Positions 18,082-26,418 of a stretch of 64,000 bases of DNA are shown here, piece by piece; position 1 is the stretch's first letter; each line of letters starts with the position of its first letter. Made by a program: the position numbers and the translations under genes. Location: positions 1 to 64,000 of the IMG/VR virus record IMGVR_UViG_3300043409_001877; one strand, written 5' to 3'. Below the pieces are notes generated by a model. It saw only the letters and a program-made list of their open reading frames with translations. It made no database searches and was not told the DNA's origin. This stretch comes from a virus.

Positions 18082-18361
18082 CGTTTAAATTTACTTTTTT
18101 AGATTCTTTTTTTGGTTTTTGTTCTGATTGAATTTCTTCTATTTTAACTTCAGGTGAAGTTACAATATTTTCTGGATTATATACAAGTTTTTCTTCAACT
18201 TTTATTTCTTTTTTTATAACAATATCTGGTTTATCCCCATACTTCTCACTAACAAAAGCTTGTTCAAGTAATTTGTTGCAGAATAAATCAACGTCAGTTA
18301 TATTATTTGCCGCACAATACAGTTTAATATCACTATATAAAGAATTTTTAATATTAAGCAT
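18053..18361 (-). CDS. Hypothetical protein between sbcD- and sbcC-like genes
   Basis: 102 aa, overlaps both neighbours. Confidence 0.6.
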   Translation of the reverse strand: MLNIKNSLYSDIKLYCAANNITDVDLFCNKLLEQAFVSEKYGDKPDIVIKKEIKVEEKLVYNPENIVTSPEVKIEEIQSEQKPKKESKKVNLNDDYKVYDNI

Positions 18362-19154
18362 TTATTAATTCTTCTTTGCCCTCTTCAATATCTTCGATAT
18401 CCGTTATTTTAAAGTTAAGGTACTTAACAGGGTTTTCAATATCAAAAAACTCAAATTTAATATCTTTATCATTTATTGTTACAATATTAAATCCGTGTTC
18501 TGAAACTGTTTCACCAAAATTTTGTTGTATCATACTGCCAGGATAAACCACAGAAACCCCACTTTTAGTGTTTAGCACTTGTCTTTTGTGAATATCCCCA
18601 CATAAAACAGCATCACACTTATTAAATTTTTCAACATCACTACCATGCATAAATTTAAACCCAAGTTCATTAACAGCGCCATTTATAACACCATGAAATA
18701 AACCTAATTTAACTTTATCATCAAATTTGTTAGATACTAACGAATCTGGTGCCATATTGCTATCATATATGGAATATACAACCCAAGCAATGTTTTCATC
18801 AATATTAACATCTGATTTGGTATAATAAATAATATTGTTAACATCAAGGGCGTTAATAATTGGTGTTAGAGCATCCATTCGTTCTTTGTTTTGTTCAACA
18901 ATATCATGGTTACCAGGAATAACAATAACTTTACCAGTAACTTTTGAGCATTCATTTAAAAACCAAGACACCTCGTTAACTAACTCTGGGCTAATTTGAT
19001 TTCTAGAATGTACAATATCACCAGCAATAACAATTCTGTCTGGTTTAATTCTTCTCATTTGGTCTAAAAAATTATCACAAATTGATCTAAATTCGTTGTG
19101 TCTTTGGAAATTCCTAAAATGAATATCCGCTATATGAGCTATTTTATTTATCAT
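18354..19154 (-). CDS. SbcD/Mre11 (T4 gp47-like) metallophosphoesterase nuclease
   Basis: ADIH, GDIVH, PGNHD, FHG, GDIH, YPGS.IQQNFGE. Confidence 0.9.
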   Translation of the reverse strand: MINKIAHIADIHFRNFQRHNEFRSICDNFLDQMRRIKPDRIVIAGDIVHSRNQISPELVNEVSWFLNECSKVTGKVIVIPGNHDIVEQNKERMDALTPIINALDVNNIIYYTKSDVNIDENIAWVVYSIYDSNMAPDSLVSNKFDDKVKLGLFHGVINGAVNELGFKFMHGSDVEKFNKCDAVLCGDIHKRQVLNTKSGVSVVYPGSMIQQNFGETVSEHGFNIVTINDKDIKFEFFDIENPVKYLNFKITDIEDIEEGKEELINA

Positions 19155-19891
19155 CCTACGTATTTTAATTTATAATGTTCAATGATCATTTCAGCCTCTC
19201 TTTTCATGTACCCTATCGGTATTAATTTAAACATCTGTGAAAATTTATCCCAATAAAACAAACCACCTCTGTTAAATTTACGCCCAGTCTCTCTTTCATA
19301 CATTACACCATAAATTGATAATTGTAACGTATAATCGTTATATTGACAATGCGGTAAATGACTCACTGGAAAATGTAAAAATTCCCCGTAAGTATTTTCA
19401 AAGTTAAACTTCTTATTAGTTTTAAAATCCCAAACATTAAACATATTTTTTGGGATATTTTCAATAATATCTGATGTACCAGCAATACCTTTATCATCAG
19501 TAAATTCAATTGACATGATATGCTCTGGTTTAACACCACCAAAATTCTTAAGCAATCCAAGATCCTCTTCTTCGCATACCGTTTTAAACGCATTTATAAC
19601 CACTTTCTCGAACTCATCTCTTGGGGAGTATAATCCGCTGGGGGCTAATAAGAATCGCTCTAATATCTCATGTAAATTGGTTCCATACTCATTGGCTAAA
19701 CGATTTGTTTCACGCCACTCTAAAATAACCTCAGCTTTAGTTACCCCTCTACGACCAGCTACCCTTTCAGCGTGGTAATCCTCATCAAATTTCTCCTTGT
19801 AATTACCTAAAACCGTTGTAACCGAAGTGTATTTACAATTCGGCATAACGTCATTTATATAGGTATGTGTTTCTGCTATTAGTTTTATCAT
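19151..19891 (-). CDS. PD-(D/E)XK exonuclease
   Basis: SVTTVL, GTNLHE, GTSD, WDFKTNK, YTLQLSIY. Confidence 0.85.
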   Translation of the reverse strand: MIKLIAETHTYINDVMPNCKYTSVTTVLGNYKEKFDEDYHAERVAGRRGVTKAEVILEWRETNRLANEYGTNLHEILERFLLAPSGLYSPRDEFEKVVINAFKTVCEEEDLGLLKNFGGVKPEHIMSIEFTDDKGIAGTSDIIENIPKNMFNVWDFKTNKKFNFENTYGEFLHFPVSHLPHCQYNDYTLQLSIYGVMYERETGRKFNRGGLFYWDKFSQMFKLIPIGYMKREAEMIIEHYKLKYVG

Positions 19892-19895
19892 TTAT

Positions 19896-20870
19896 TTAAT
19901 CTGTTAATTTATAATTTTTATCTTTTAACCACTTTTTTAGGTTTTCACTACCAAATTCTTGGTTAAAGCTTGACACATCGTAATCATTAGGCATTGCGTT
20001 TAATAGTACTTTATTATGTAATTTACCAGCATCTAATTTATTAAAAATCTTTTTAGCATCTTCTAAAGCATCTGGGTCTAATACAATAATAATAAAATTA
20101 TTTGACTTAAAGTATATTTCGTTAAATAATTTATCATACATTTTTTTTCCAAGTAATGGAATGCTATTAGGTATGACAATATGGTCAAAAGCCCCCTCCA
20201 CTAAAAAGACTGGTTTTGCCCAATCAATTAATCTTTCATTAAAAATAATGCTTGTTTTATCAACAGATGGATTTAGGTATTTATATTTACCAGCTCTCGG
20301 TGATATTGAACGTGATACAAAATAGTTTAATTCACCATCTTTATCATACGATGGTATTATAACTCTATTTTGATATATACCATCTAAACAATAACCTATA
20401 TGATACTTGTCAATTACTTCATCACTTATACCTCTTGAATATAAATAATTAAAAGCTGATTGGAATAATTTGTTTTTTTGTTTACCGTTTAAATGAAAAA
20501 ATTCTTTCGGTAATTGTAGAATATCTTTTTCTACTTTTTCTACATGTTGATAATAATCACCGTTAAACTTAAATTTACCTAAAACAAATTGTTTAAGTGT
20601 TGGTTTATCCGAATATTCTTTAAATAAATTATATATCTTACCTTTTGTACCGTGAGTTTCAGAACAAGACCAGCAATTGTAAACACCCATATCATAATTA
20701 ATTTCAAGGTTTCCTTTACCATCAAAATCAATACCTTTCATACTGGAACAATTTGGGCAATCGAATGATATCTGACCTTTACTTTCGTAATGTTTCCTTG
20801 ATTCCCCCAGAAATTCTTCTAGTAATCCAATAAGTTCTAAATGTTTTCTCTCCGTGTCGATATCGTACAT
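19896..20870 (-). CDS. DNA primase (Zn finger + TOPRIM)
   Basis: CPNC...CWSC, YLYSRGI, RVIIP, KYLNP, LVEGAFD, LDPDA. Confidence 0.9.
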   Translation of the reverse strand: MYDIDTERKHLELIGLLEEFLGESRKHYESKGQISFDCPNCSSMKGIDFDGKGNLEINYDMGVYNCWSCSETHGTKGKIYNLFKEYSDKPTLKQFVLGKFKFNGDYYQHVEKVEKDILQLPKEFFHLNGKQKNKLFQSAFNYLYSRGISDEVIDKYHIGYCLDGIYQNRVIIPSYDKDGELNYFVSRSISPRAGKYKYLNPSVDKTSIIFNERLIDWAKPVFLVEGAFDHIVIPNSIPLLGKKMYDKLFNEIYFKSNNFIIIVLDPDALEDAKKIFNKLDAGKLHNKVLLNAMPNDYDVSSFNQEFGSENLKKWLKDKNYKLTD

Positions 20871-20885
20871 TACCTAGGTTTTAGG

Positions 20886-20917
20886 CAAAAGTAAACAAAT
20901 AAAAGCTAATAAACAAA
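20886..20917 (-). promoter_or_regulatory. Bacteroidota-type promoter of the primase-nuclease-sbcDC-sigma operon
   Basis: TTTG (20917-20914), 20 nt, TACTTTTG (20893-20886). Confidence 0.75.
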
Positions 20918-20918
20918 T

Positions 20919-21518
20919 TTATTCGAAAATATTTTGCATACGAGCATATGATAAACATACCGTGTATGCGTCACTCATATCAAAATTTTCTTTTTTAAGT
21001 TCACCGTTTTTACCTAATAACCAGCTTATTTTGGGTTCCCGTTTTGATACTAGCTCCCAAATAATTCTCTTTTTATCGGTATCTTTAGGATAAGACCCAA
21101 ACAATACTATTTTTTTACTTGAACCTGGTTGCATTAACTCAGGAAATGCGTTTTTTCTAGCCTCGTATGTGCTAATGTATTCTGGTGTTACACCTAATTT
21201 ATCGTAACATATTTTAGTAACCATACCATTAAAACGCAGCAGGGTACCAACTGTATTAACATTATTTGATCTTAATAGTGGTTCCTCAATTAAAACGTGT
21301 TTAATATTCATTTTAGAATATTTCAATATAAAATCAGAAAATAAATCTGCTTTTTTTATTAATTCTTCTGTTTTACTACTAGGTGTAGGTTTTACCATTG
21401 GGGAAATGTGTGTTAACTCAAGTAACTCCCCTTTTTGATTAAAAAGGGAGATACCGATAGTCTTTGTGCTCACATCTAGTCCAAGTAAGTAGTAATCTTC
21501 TTGTATCTCTTTTTGCAT
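20919..21518 (-). CDS. RuvC-like Holliday junction resolvase
   Basis: LLGLDVST..IG, VLIEEP, DMSDAY. Confidence 0.8.
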   Translation of the reverse strand: MQKEIQEDYYLLGLDVSTKTIGISLFNQKGELLELTHISPMVKPTPSSKTEELIKKADLFSDFILKYSKMNIKHVLIEEPLLRSNNVNTVGTLLRFNGMVTKICYDKLGVTPEYISTYEARKNAFPELMQPGSSKKIVLFGSYPKDTDKKRIIWELVSKREPKISWLLGKNGELKKENFDMSDAYTVCLSYARMQNIFE

Positions 21519-21527
21519 AAATTTTAA

Positions 21528-23423
21528 TTATAATCTTATTTTCACATTGAATGACACTACGTCATACCAATATTTTTTAACAGGTTGTGTTGGTTTACAT
21601 ACAGCTAACAAATTACCAGCAGAATCATGAATACCTAATTGTGTAATTATGATAGGATATAAGTTTTGATCTACAGAATAAAAATTACTAAAGTCAGCGC
21701 CAACAGCTGTTGTGGTCAATTCTTTTGCGGTATCATTGGTTGATTTAAAAAATTCATCCGATGATGCTAAACAAACAATATTTAATGATTTTTCGCTGTT
21801 ATAGCTAATAAAACCCATATTTGTTGTTATATTAGCCTGACCAGTTATAGCTGAATATAAACCAGATGTTCCAGATGAGTTATATTTAATAACAAATTGA
21901 GAGCTATCCCATATAATTTTATCGTTTTCATCTTTCGTTGTTAACATAACCGTTGGGTCGGTTGCAACGTAACCTCTAGTTGTACCAGTTGCTAACACAC
22001 CATTAACATCATAATTCTTATTTGAATTTGGAAGACTGGTTGTTAACGATTTTGTAATGGATCCGTTAAACACATTTCTGAAATATGAATCCACAACTTT
22101 AGGATGTGTTATCACAACAAAACCTTTATCTAACACGGCAAAACCAATACACTCATCTAAATTATAATTAAATAATGATTTTTCTTGTGATATTGGGTTA
22201 AATACTCTTGTACCATCTAGTAAATCAGCATAACCATCAGACCATGAACTTGATGTTGCTGGTTGTGGTTTTTTAATTAAATCACCAAATAATAAAACAA
22301 CATTACTTTCATATGTTAAAACACTGGTTAAATCAGGTCTAACACCAATATCTTTAACAGATAAATCTTTTTCACTGGTTACTTTATCTAAATTATATGT
22401 TGTTAAGTTTTTCTTATTATAGGTACCATACATTTCCAATAATAAAGGTGTTGTACCGTATGTATAATAACCTAACTTAGCGTCTACAACACTTGTGGGT
22501 GTTGCGCCTGTGTAATAAGGTAATGAGAAGCTAATAGATTTACCATCGATTAATTCACCATATGAACCGTTTGGTACTTCAAAAATTAAGAATAATTCAT
22601 TTGGAATAGGTAATACCGCTTTATTTGTTTTGGTGTATTCATACGAACCGATTGTTTGTAAAGCAGTATCATAATATTCGCCAGTATATCCAGTAACAGG
22701 GTGTACTACTAAAGGTGTTGTTGTTGTACCTGTTGTTGCCCAAGCAGTCCATTTATATTTAGTAGCATCAATAACAGTGTCATAGGTTGTACCAGTTGCA
22801 GCTGTTAGAGTGCCTAATGCAGTTCTTGTGTATTTTTTCATTTCCTCATCAGCAACTGGTAAGTTTAATGATTTTAATAGGTTTGCAAATATTGTGTTTG
22901 TATCTGTTCTTTTAACAAACATACCTTTAATAAAATTAGTTGGGTATGTTGTACCAGTTACTCTGTTAGTTAAGTTATTGATACCATCATTTAAATCAAA
23001 CGGTACACTCTCATTAACAACAACCTTACTTTCGATAGGTTTTAAAACGCTATACGCTGCTGGATTTATATCATATTCAATATAACCTCTACAGTCACCA
23101 CCAAATTGACTTGTTGACATACTAGTATCATCGTATCTAATGATAAAAAAATACTGAAATTCATCTGAATTAGTTATGGATTCTTGACTTGAATTTGTAT
23201 CTAATTTAGTAAAAGTAGCTGAAAATACATTTGTTGAGGTATTGTTAATTTTTGTTTTTAAAGGCATGGTACTAGACACGTCTGTATGTGTGATTAATAC
23301 CGTTGCATTTGTTGCAGGTAAATATTTTGGGCTACTTTTTAAGTATAATGTAGCAGCACCATCAGTACCGCCAAGGGTTTTTCTTCTATAAAAAGGGATT
23401 CTTACTTTTAATATTGCGCTCAT
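21528..23423 (-). CDS. Virion structural protein with C-terminal tail-collar/fibre-like segment
   Basis: C-terminal ITQLGIHDSAGNLLAV.K..QPVKK; Thr-rich; in the structural block. Confidence 0.65.
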   Translation of the reverse strand: MSAILKVRIPFYRRKTLGGTDGAATLYLKSSPKYLPATNATVLITHTDVSSTMPLKTKINNTSTNVFSATFTKLDTNSSQESITNSDEFQYFFIIRYDDTSMSTSQFGGDCRGYIEYDINPAAYSVLKPIESKVVVNESVPFDLNDGINNLTNRVTGTTYPTNFIKGMFVKRTDTNTIFANLLKSLNLPVADEEMKKYTRTALGTLTAATGTTYDTVIDATKYKWTAWATTGTTTTPLVVHPVTGYTGEYYDTALQTIGSYEYTKTNKAVLPIPNELFLIFEVPNGSYGELIDGKSISFSLPYYTGATPTSVVDAKLGYYTYGTTPLLLEMYGTYNKKNLTTYNLDKVTSEKDLSVKDIGVRPDLTSVLTYESNVVLLFGDLIKKPQPATSSSWSDGYADLLDGTRVFNPISQEKSLFNYNLDECIGFAVLDKGFVVITHPKVVDSYFRNVFNGSITKSLTTSLPNSNKNYDVNGVLATGTTRGYVATDPTVMLTTKDENDKIIWDSSQFVIKYNSSGTSGLYSAITGQANITTNMGFISYNSEKSLNIVCLASSDEFFKSTNDTAKELTTTAVGADFSNFYSVDQNLYPIIITQLGIHDSAGNLLAVCKPTQPVKKYWYDVVSFNVKIRL

Positions 23424-23424
23424 T

Positions 23425-23670
23425 TTATTTGGTTCTTATGATTTGATTTTTTATTGTAACATTTTTTGATAATGAATATACATTATCATTATAATCGCCA
23501 GTTAAATCCGAAACCTGTTGCTCAATGTATAAATTAGCGTTATAGTTAACATCCTCATCTGAGATTGAGAATTGTGTTGGGTTAAACCCTTGCTCTAAAA
23601 GCCTTAATCTACCCAATTCGGTAAGGTAAACCTTCATTTCTACTGTAGTACCTGTATTTATTAAACCCAT
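23425..23670 (-). CDS. Small structural protein (N-terminal collar/fibre-like module)
   Basis: YLTELGR...FSISDEDVNY, paralogous to the N-termini of 25837 and 26418. Confidence 0.6.
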   Translation of the reverse strand: MGLINTGTTVEMKVYLTELGRLRLLEQGFNPTQFSISDEDVNYNANLYIEQQVSDLTGDYNDNVYSLSKNVTIKNQIIRTK

Positions 23671-23719
23671 TTTATCTTTTTTTAATTATAGTTATTAATT
23701 TTTATTTATAAATAGTTCT

Positions 23720-24268
23720 TTATGTAATTTTTATTGGAGTATTGAAAAAAGGTGTTGTTCTTCTTTTTTCAATAAATTTAGTTCTAATTTTATTAAAATC
23801 TATAATCCCCTCAAATAATTCTGTATCTGGTAATGGTTTGAATTTTATCGTTGGTTTTGAATCATTAGCTAATGCTTTGTATTCACAAAACCTTATCATT
23901 TTACTACTACCTGATGATAATATAGAACTAACTTTATTACTAGTATTTACCATATCTTCTGTAATATCGGTAGAATACATCATATTATAAATTATATTAT
24001 ATTTCTTACATAATAAGTGAAACTCTTTAAAAAATTCAGTTAGGGTGTCAATTTCAATCAATTTTTTGGCTAAAATTATAAAATCTATATCACCATATGG
24101 TTCCTGTTTTATTAAATAATCAATATATGATCCAACTAAATATATTTCATAACCATATGGTGTGTTTAACTTTTTTAATTCAATTAAAAAAGCATCAAAC
24201 TTTCTTTTTAACAAGATTTCACCATCAATGATATCAACACTATTTTTAAGGTAATATTTATATCTCAT
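23720..24268 (-). CDS. Pol-beta superfamily nucleotidyltransferase-like protein
   Basis: hhhGS (YLVGSY) then GDIDF. Confidence 0.55.
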   Translation of the reverse strand: MRYKYYLKNSVDIIDGEILLKRKFDAFLIELKKLNTPYGYEIYLVGSYIDYLIKQEPYGDIDFIILAKKLIEIDTLTEFFKEFHLLCKKYNIIYNMMYSTDITEDMVNTSNKVSSILSSGSSKMIRFCEYKALANDSKPTIKFKPLPDTELFEGIIDFNKIRTKFIEKRRTTPFFNTPIKIT

Positions 24269-24270
24269 AA

Positions 24271-24942
24271 TTAATATATTCCAAAAAAATACGTATTAAC
24301 ACCCTCATATCCAGTGTTAATCAAATTTATTGTAACGGTTATTGTATCCCTAATTGGTGTTAATTTTTGTTTTTCCCTCCAACATATAACAGATAAGTTT
24401 ATATCAATAGTACCAATATTTTTATTTTGATTGATACTAGTCTTACCATAATACTGCGTATCTAGTAACCCAACATTACTTACAGCATAAGTAGCACCAA
24501 ATTTAAGTGACTGGAATGGGTTAACTAAATATAATGAACCATTTCCATAAACTGTTTTACCAGAAATTGTTAAATTACCAACTTTTTTGTTTCTAAATTT
24601 TACAATATAATTATCATATTTAATACTACCATCCGCTGAATAGGTTGTTCCAGTTGTATCTAAACTTACATTTAAATCCGTTGCTAGTATACTGGTGTCA
24701 TTTCTAAATCTTGAACTAAGCAAATAAATACCTTCAAAGTATATTGGCTGGTTGTTTTTGTTTAATATATAAAAATAACCATCGGATAAACTGGTATATG
24801 ATTTAGCTATATTGGCAACGCTAACACCATGTGTGTTTAAATAAAAATCATTCCCAATACCACCAAATTTTGGTATGTGAAAATCAAAAACTGGTTGTTT
24901 TGCCTTATTTTTGTAGTATGATAAACTTGGTATTGATGCCAT
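24271..24942 (-). CDS. Putative structural protein
   Basis: Beta-rich composition, within the structural operon. Confidence 0.55.
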   Translation of the reverse strand: MASIPSLSYYKNKAKQPVFDFHIPKFGGIGNDFYLNTHGVSVANIAKSYTSLSDGYFYILNKNNQPIYFEGIYLLSSRFRNDTSILATDLNVSLDTTGTTYSADGSIKYDNYIVKFRNKKVGNLTISGKTVYGNGSLYLVNPFQSLKFGATYAVSNVGLLDTQYYGKTSINQNKNIGTIDINLSVICWREKQKLTPIRDTITVTINLINTGYEGVNTYFFGIY

Positions 24943-24956
24943 AATTATTTAAATTT

Positions 24957-25844
24957 TTATGCGTCTCCTGGTGGTGAATATGAACCGCCAGAATACTCTG
25001 GTACAGATATAGGTACGTAATAAATAAATACATCCGACATATGTTCAATGGTTTCTGATGCTGTGTATGGTAAACCTAAACTTGGTGCATCCGCAACAGC
25101 TATGTTATAATATTTCACAATTATTTTATAATCTTTTGTTTTTTCAGCGGTTTGTTCAAAATCAGGTAATTTTACATCTACTCTAAAATTATAACCACCA
25201 GGTGTAGTTTTATAAGCTTCAAATAACTGTGTGTATGTTGTACCAGAATACCCCATATCAATACAATCCTCACTATTTTCACCTGTAGTTAATCGTATAC
25301 CAGCTTTATTAGTGATACTATAAAAACTACTATCAACATCATTAAAAGCGCCAGAATCATAATAATAATATTCCAAATTTTCTAAACTTAAAGGAACTAT
25401 TTTTGAACCAAGTTGCGCATATAATTTAACCCTTAGTCTATTGTAAAAATTTTTAGTCTGGGTTGCAGTCCAACCACTTCTTGTAAAAGTTCCCAAATCT
25501 GACCCATAAAATCTAAAATAAAATCTAAAACTATTGTAATATACTTGATTTGGTATTAAATGATTTTTTTTATGTATTTCGCTATACTTTATAGTTGAGT
25601 TTGATTTTGTAATTGCATTTGAACCAGCAAAGGCGCTAAATTTACTATTATTAAAATCTTTTAAGTTTGCATCATCAAAAATCACATTTTTTAATGTAAA
25701 ATTATTAGATTCGGTTTTTGTTTTTGGGTAAAAATCATAATCTTCTATTAACTGATCTTTATAATTTAAAGAAGTTAAAGTTTCATTTGGTTTATTAATT
25801 AAATATAACCCATTAACACCACTTATGTTAAATTGCTTACTCAT
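24957..25844 (-). CDS. Putative structural protein
   Basis: Within the structural operon, overlaps the upstream stop. Confidence 0.55.
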   Translation of the reverse strand: MSKQFNISGVNGLYLINKPNETLTSLNYKDQLIEDYDFYPKTKTESNNFTLKNVIFDDANLKDFNNSKFSAFAGSNAITKSNSTIKYSEIHKKNHLIPNQVYYNSFRFYFRFYGSDLGTFTRSGWTATQTKNFYNRLRVKLYAQLGSKIVPLSLENLEYYYYDSGAFNDVDSSFYSITNKAGIRLTTGENSEDCIDMGYSGTTYTQLFEAYKTTPGGYNFRVDVKLPDFEQTAEKTKDYKIIVKYYNIAVADAPSLGLPYTASETIEHMSDVFIYYVPISVPEYSGGSYSPPGDA

Positions 25845-26418
25845 AATTTATATATGTTAAAATATTTAAAGTAGCGTTAGTATTAATAGCGGGTTCAAAC
25901 ATAACGTAATCTTTTTGCGTCTTTTGTTTTGTACCTAAAAGAGCCCTTCTATATTCAATATCATCAGCAATCTTCCCCCTTAATGATACTTGCACAAACA
26001 CATCATTAATGTAATCATCACTATCAGCTACCCCATTACCTAAAGATGTTTTTTTGGTACCAACATGATTTATTGTTGGTATTGGTTGTGGTGCTAAATT
26101 TGTCGGGTTAAATAATATAATTTTTTCCCAAGTATTTGGTACCAATGATGGTATAACACCAGAATTTGGTGTGGCGCTTTTATACCTATAAAATGTACCA
26201 CCCCCATCAACAACAATATCATCATATGAGTAAACAGTAGAGTAATTATAAGCTAAAACTTCTTGGCTGTTTGGTACGAGAATGTTGTAATTTGAATCAC
26301 CATCACATAAAGAGAAATAGGTAATAGCATCTTTAAAACCTCCGTCAAAAAATTTTTGCTTACCTAAATCTGTTAAATAAACCTCAAATGTGTTTGTATT
26401 ATCTTTTATAAATCCCAT
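25837..26418 (-). CDS. Structural protein, collar/fibre-like N-module plus CBM5/12-like motif
   Basis: YLTDLGK...FSLCDGDSNY; Y..DDIV...G.FY...W. Confidence 0.55.
   Translation of the reverse strand: MGFIKDNTNTFEVYLTDLGKQKFFDGGFKDAITYFSLCDGDSNYNILVPNSQEVLAYNYSTVYSYDDIVVDGGGTFYRYKSATPNSGVIPSLVPNTWEKIILFNPTNLAPQPIPTINHVGTKKTSLGNGVADSDDYINDVFVQVSLRGKIADDIEYRRALLGTKQKTQKDYVMFEPAINTNATLNILTYINYE

Noticed and set aside
19151-19891. Cas4 assignment
   Set aside because: Lacks the four-Cys Fe-S arrangement; no cas genes or array nearby. A generic PD-(D/E)XK nuclease is the safer call.
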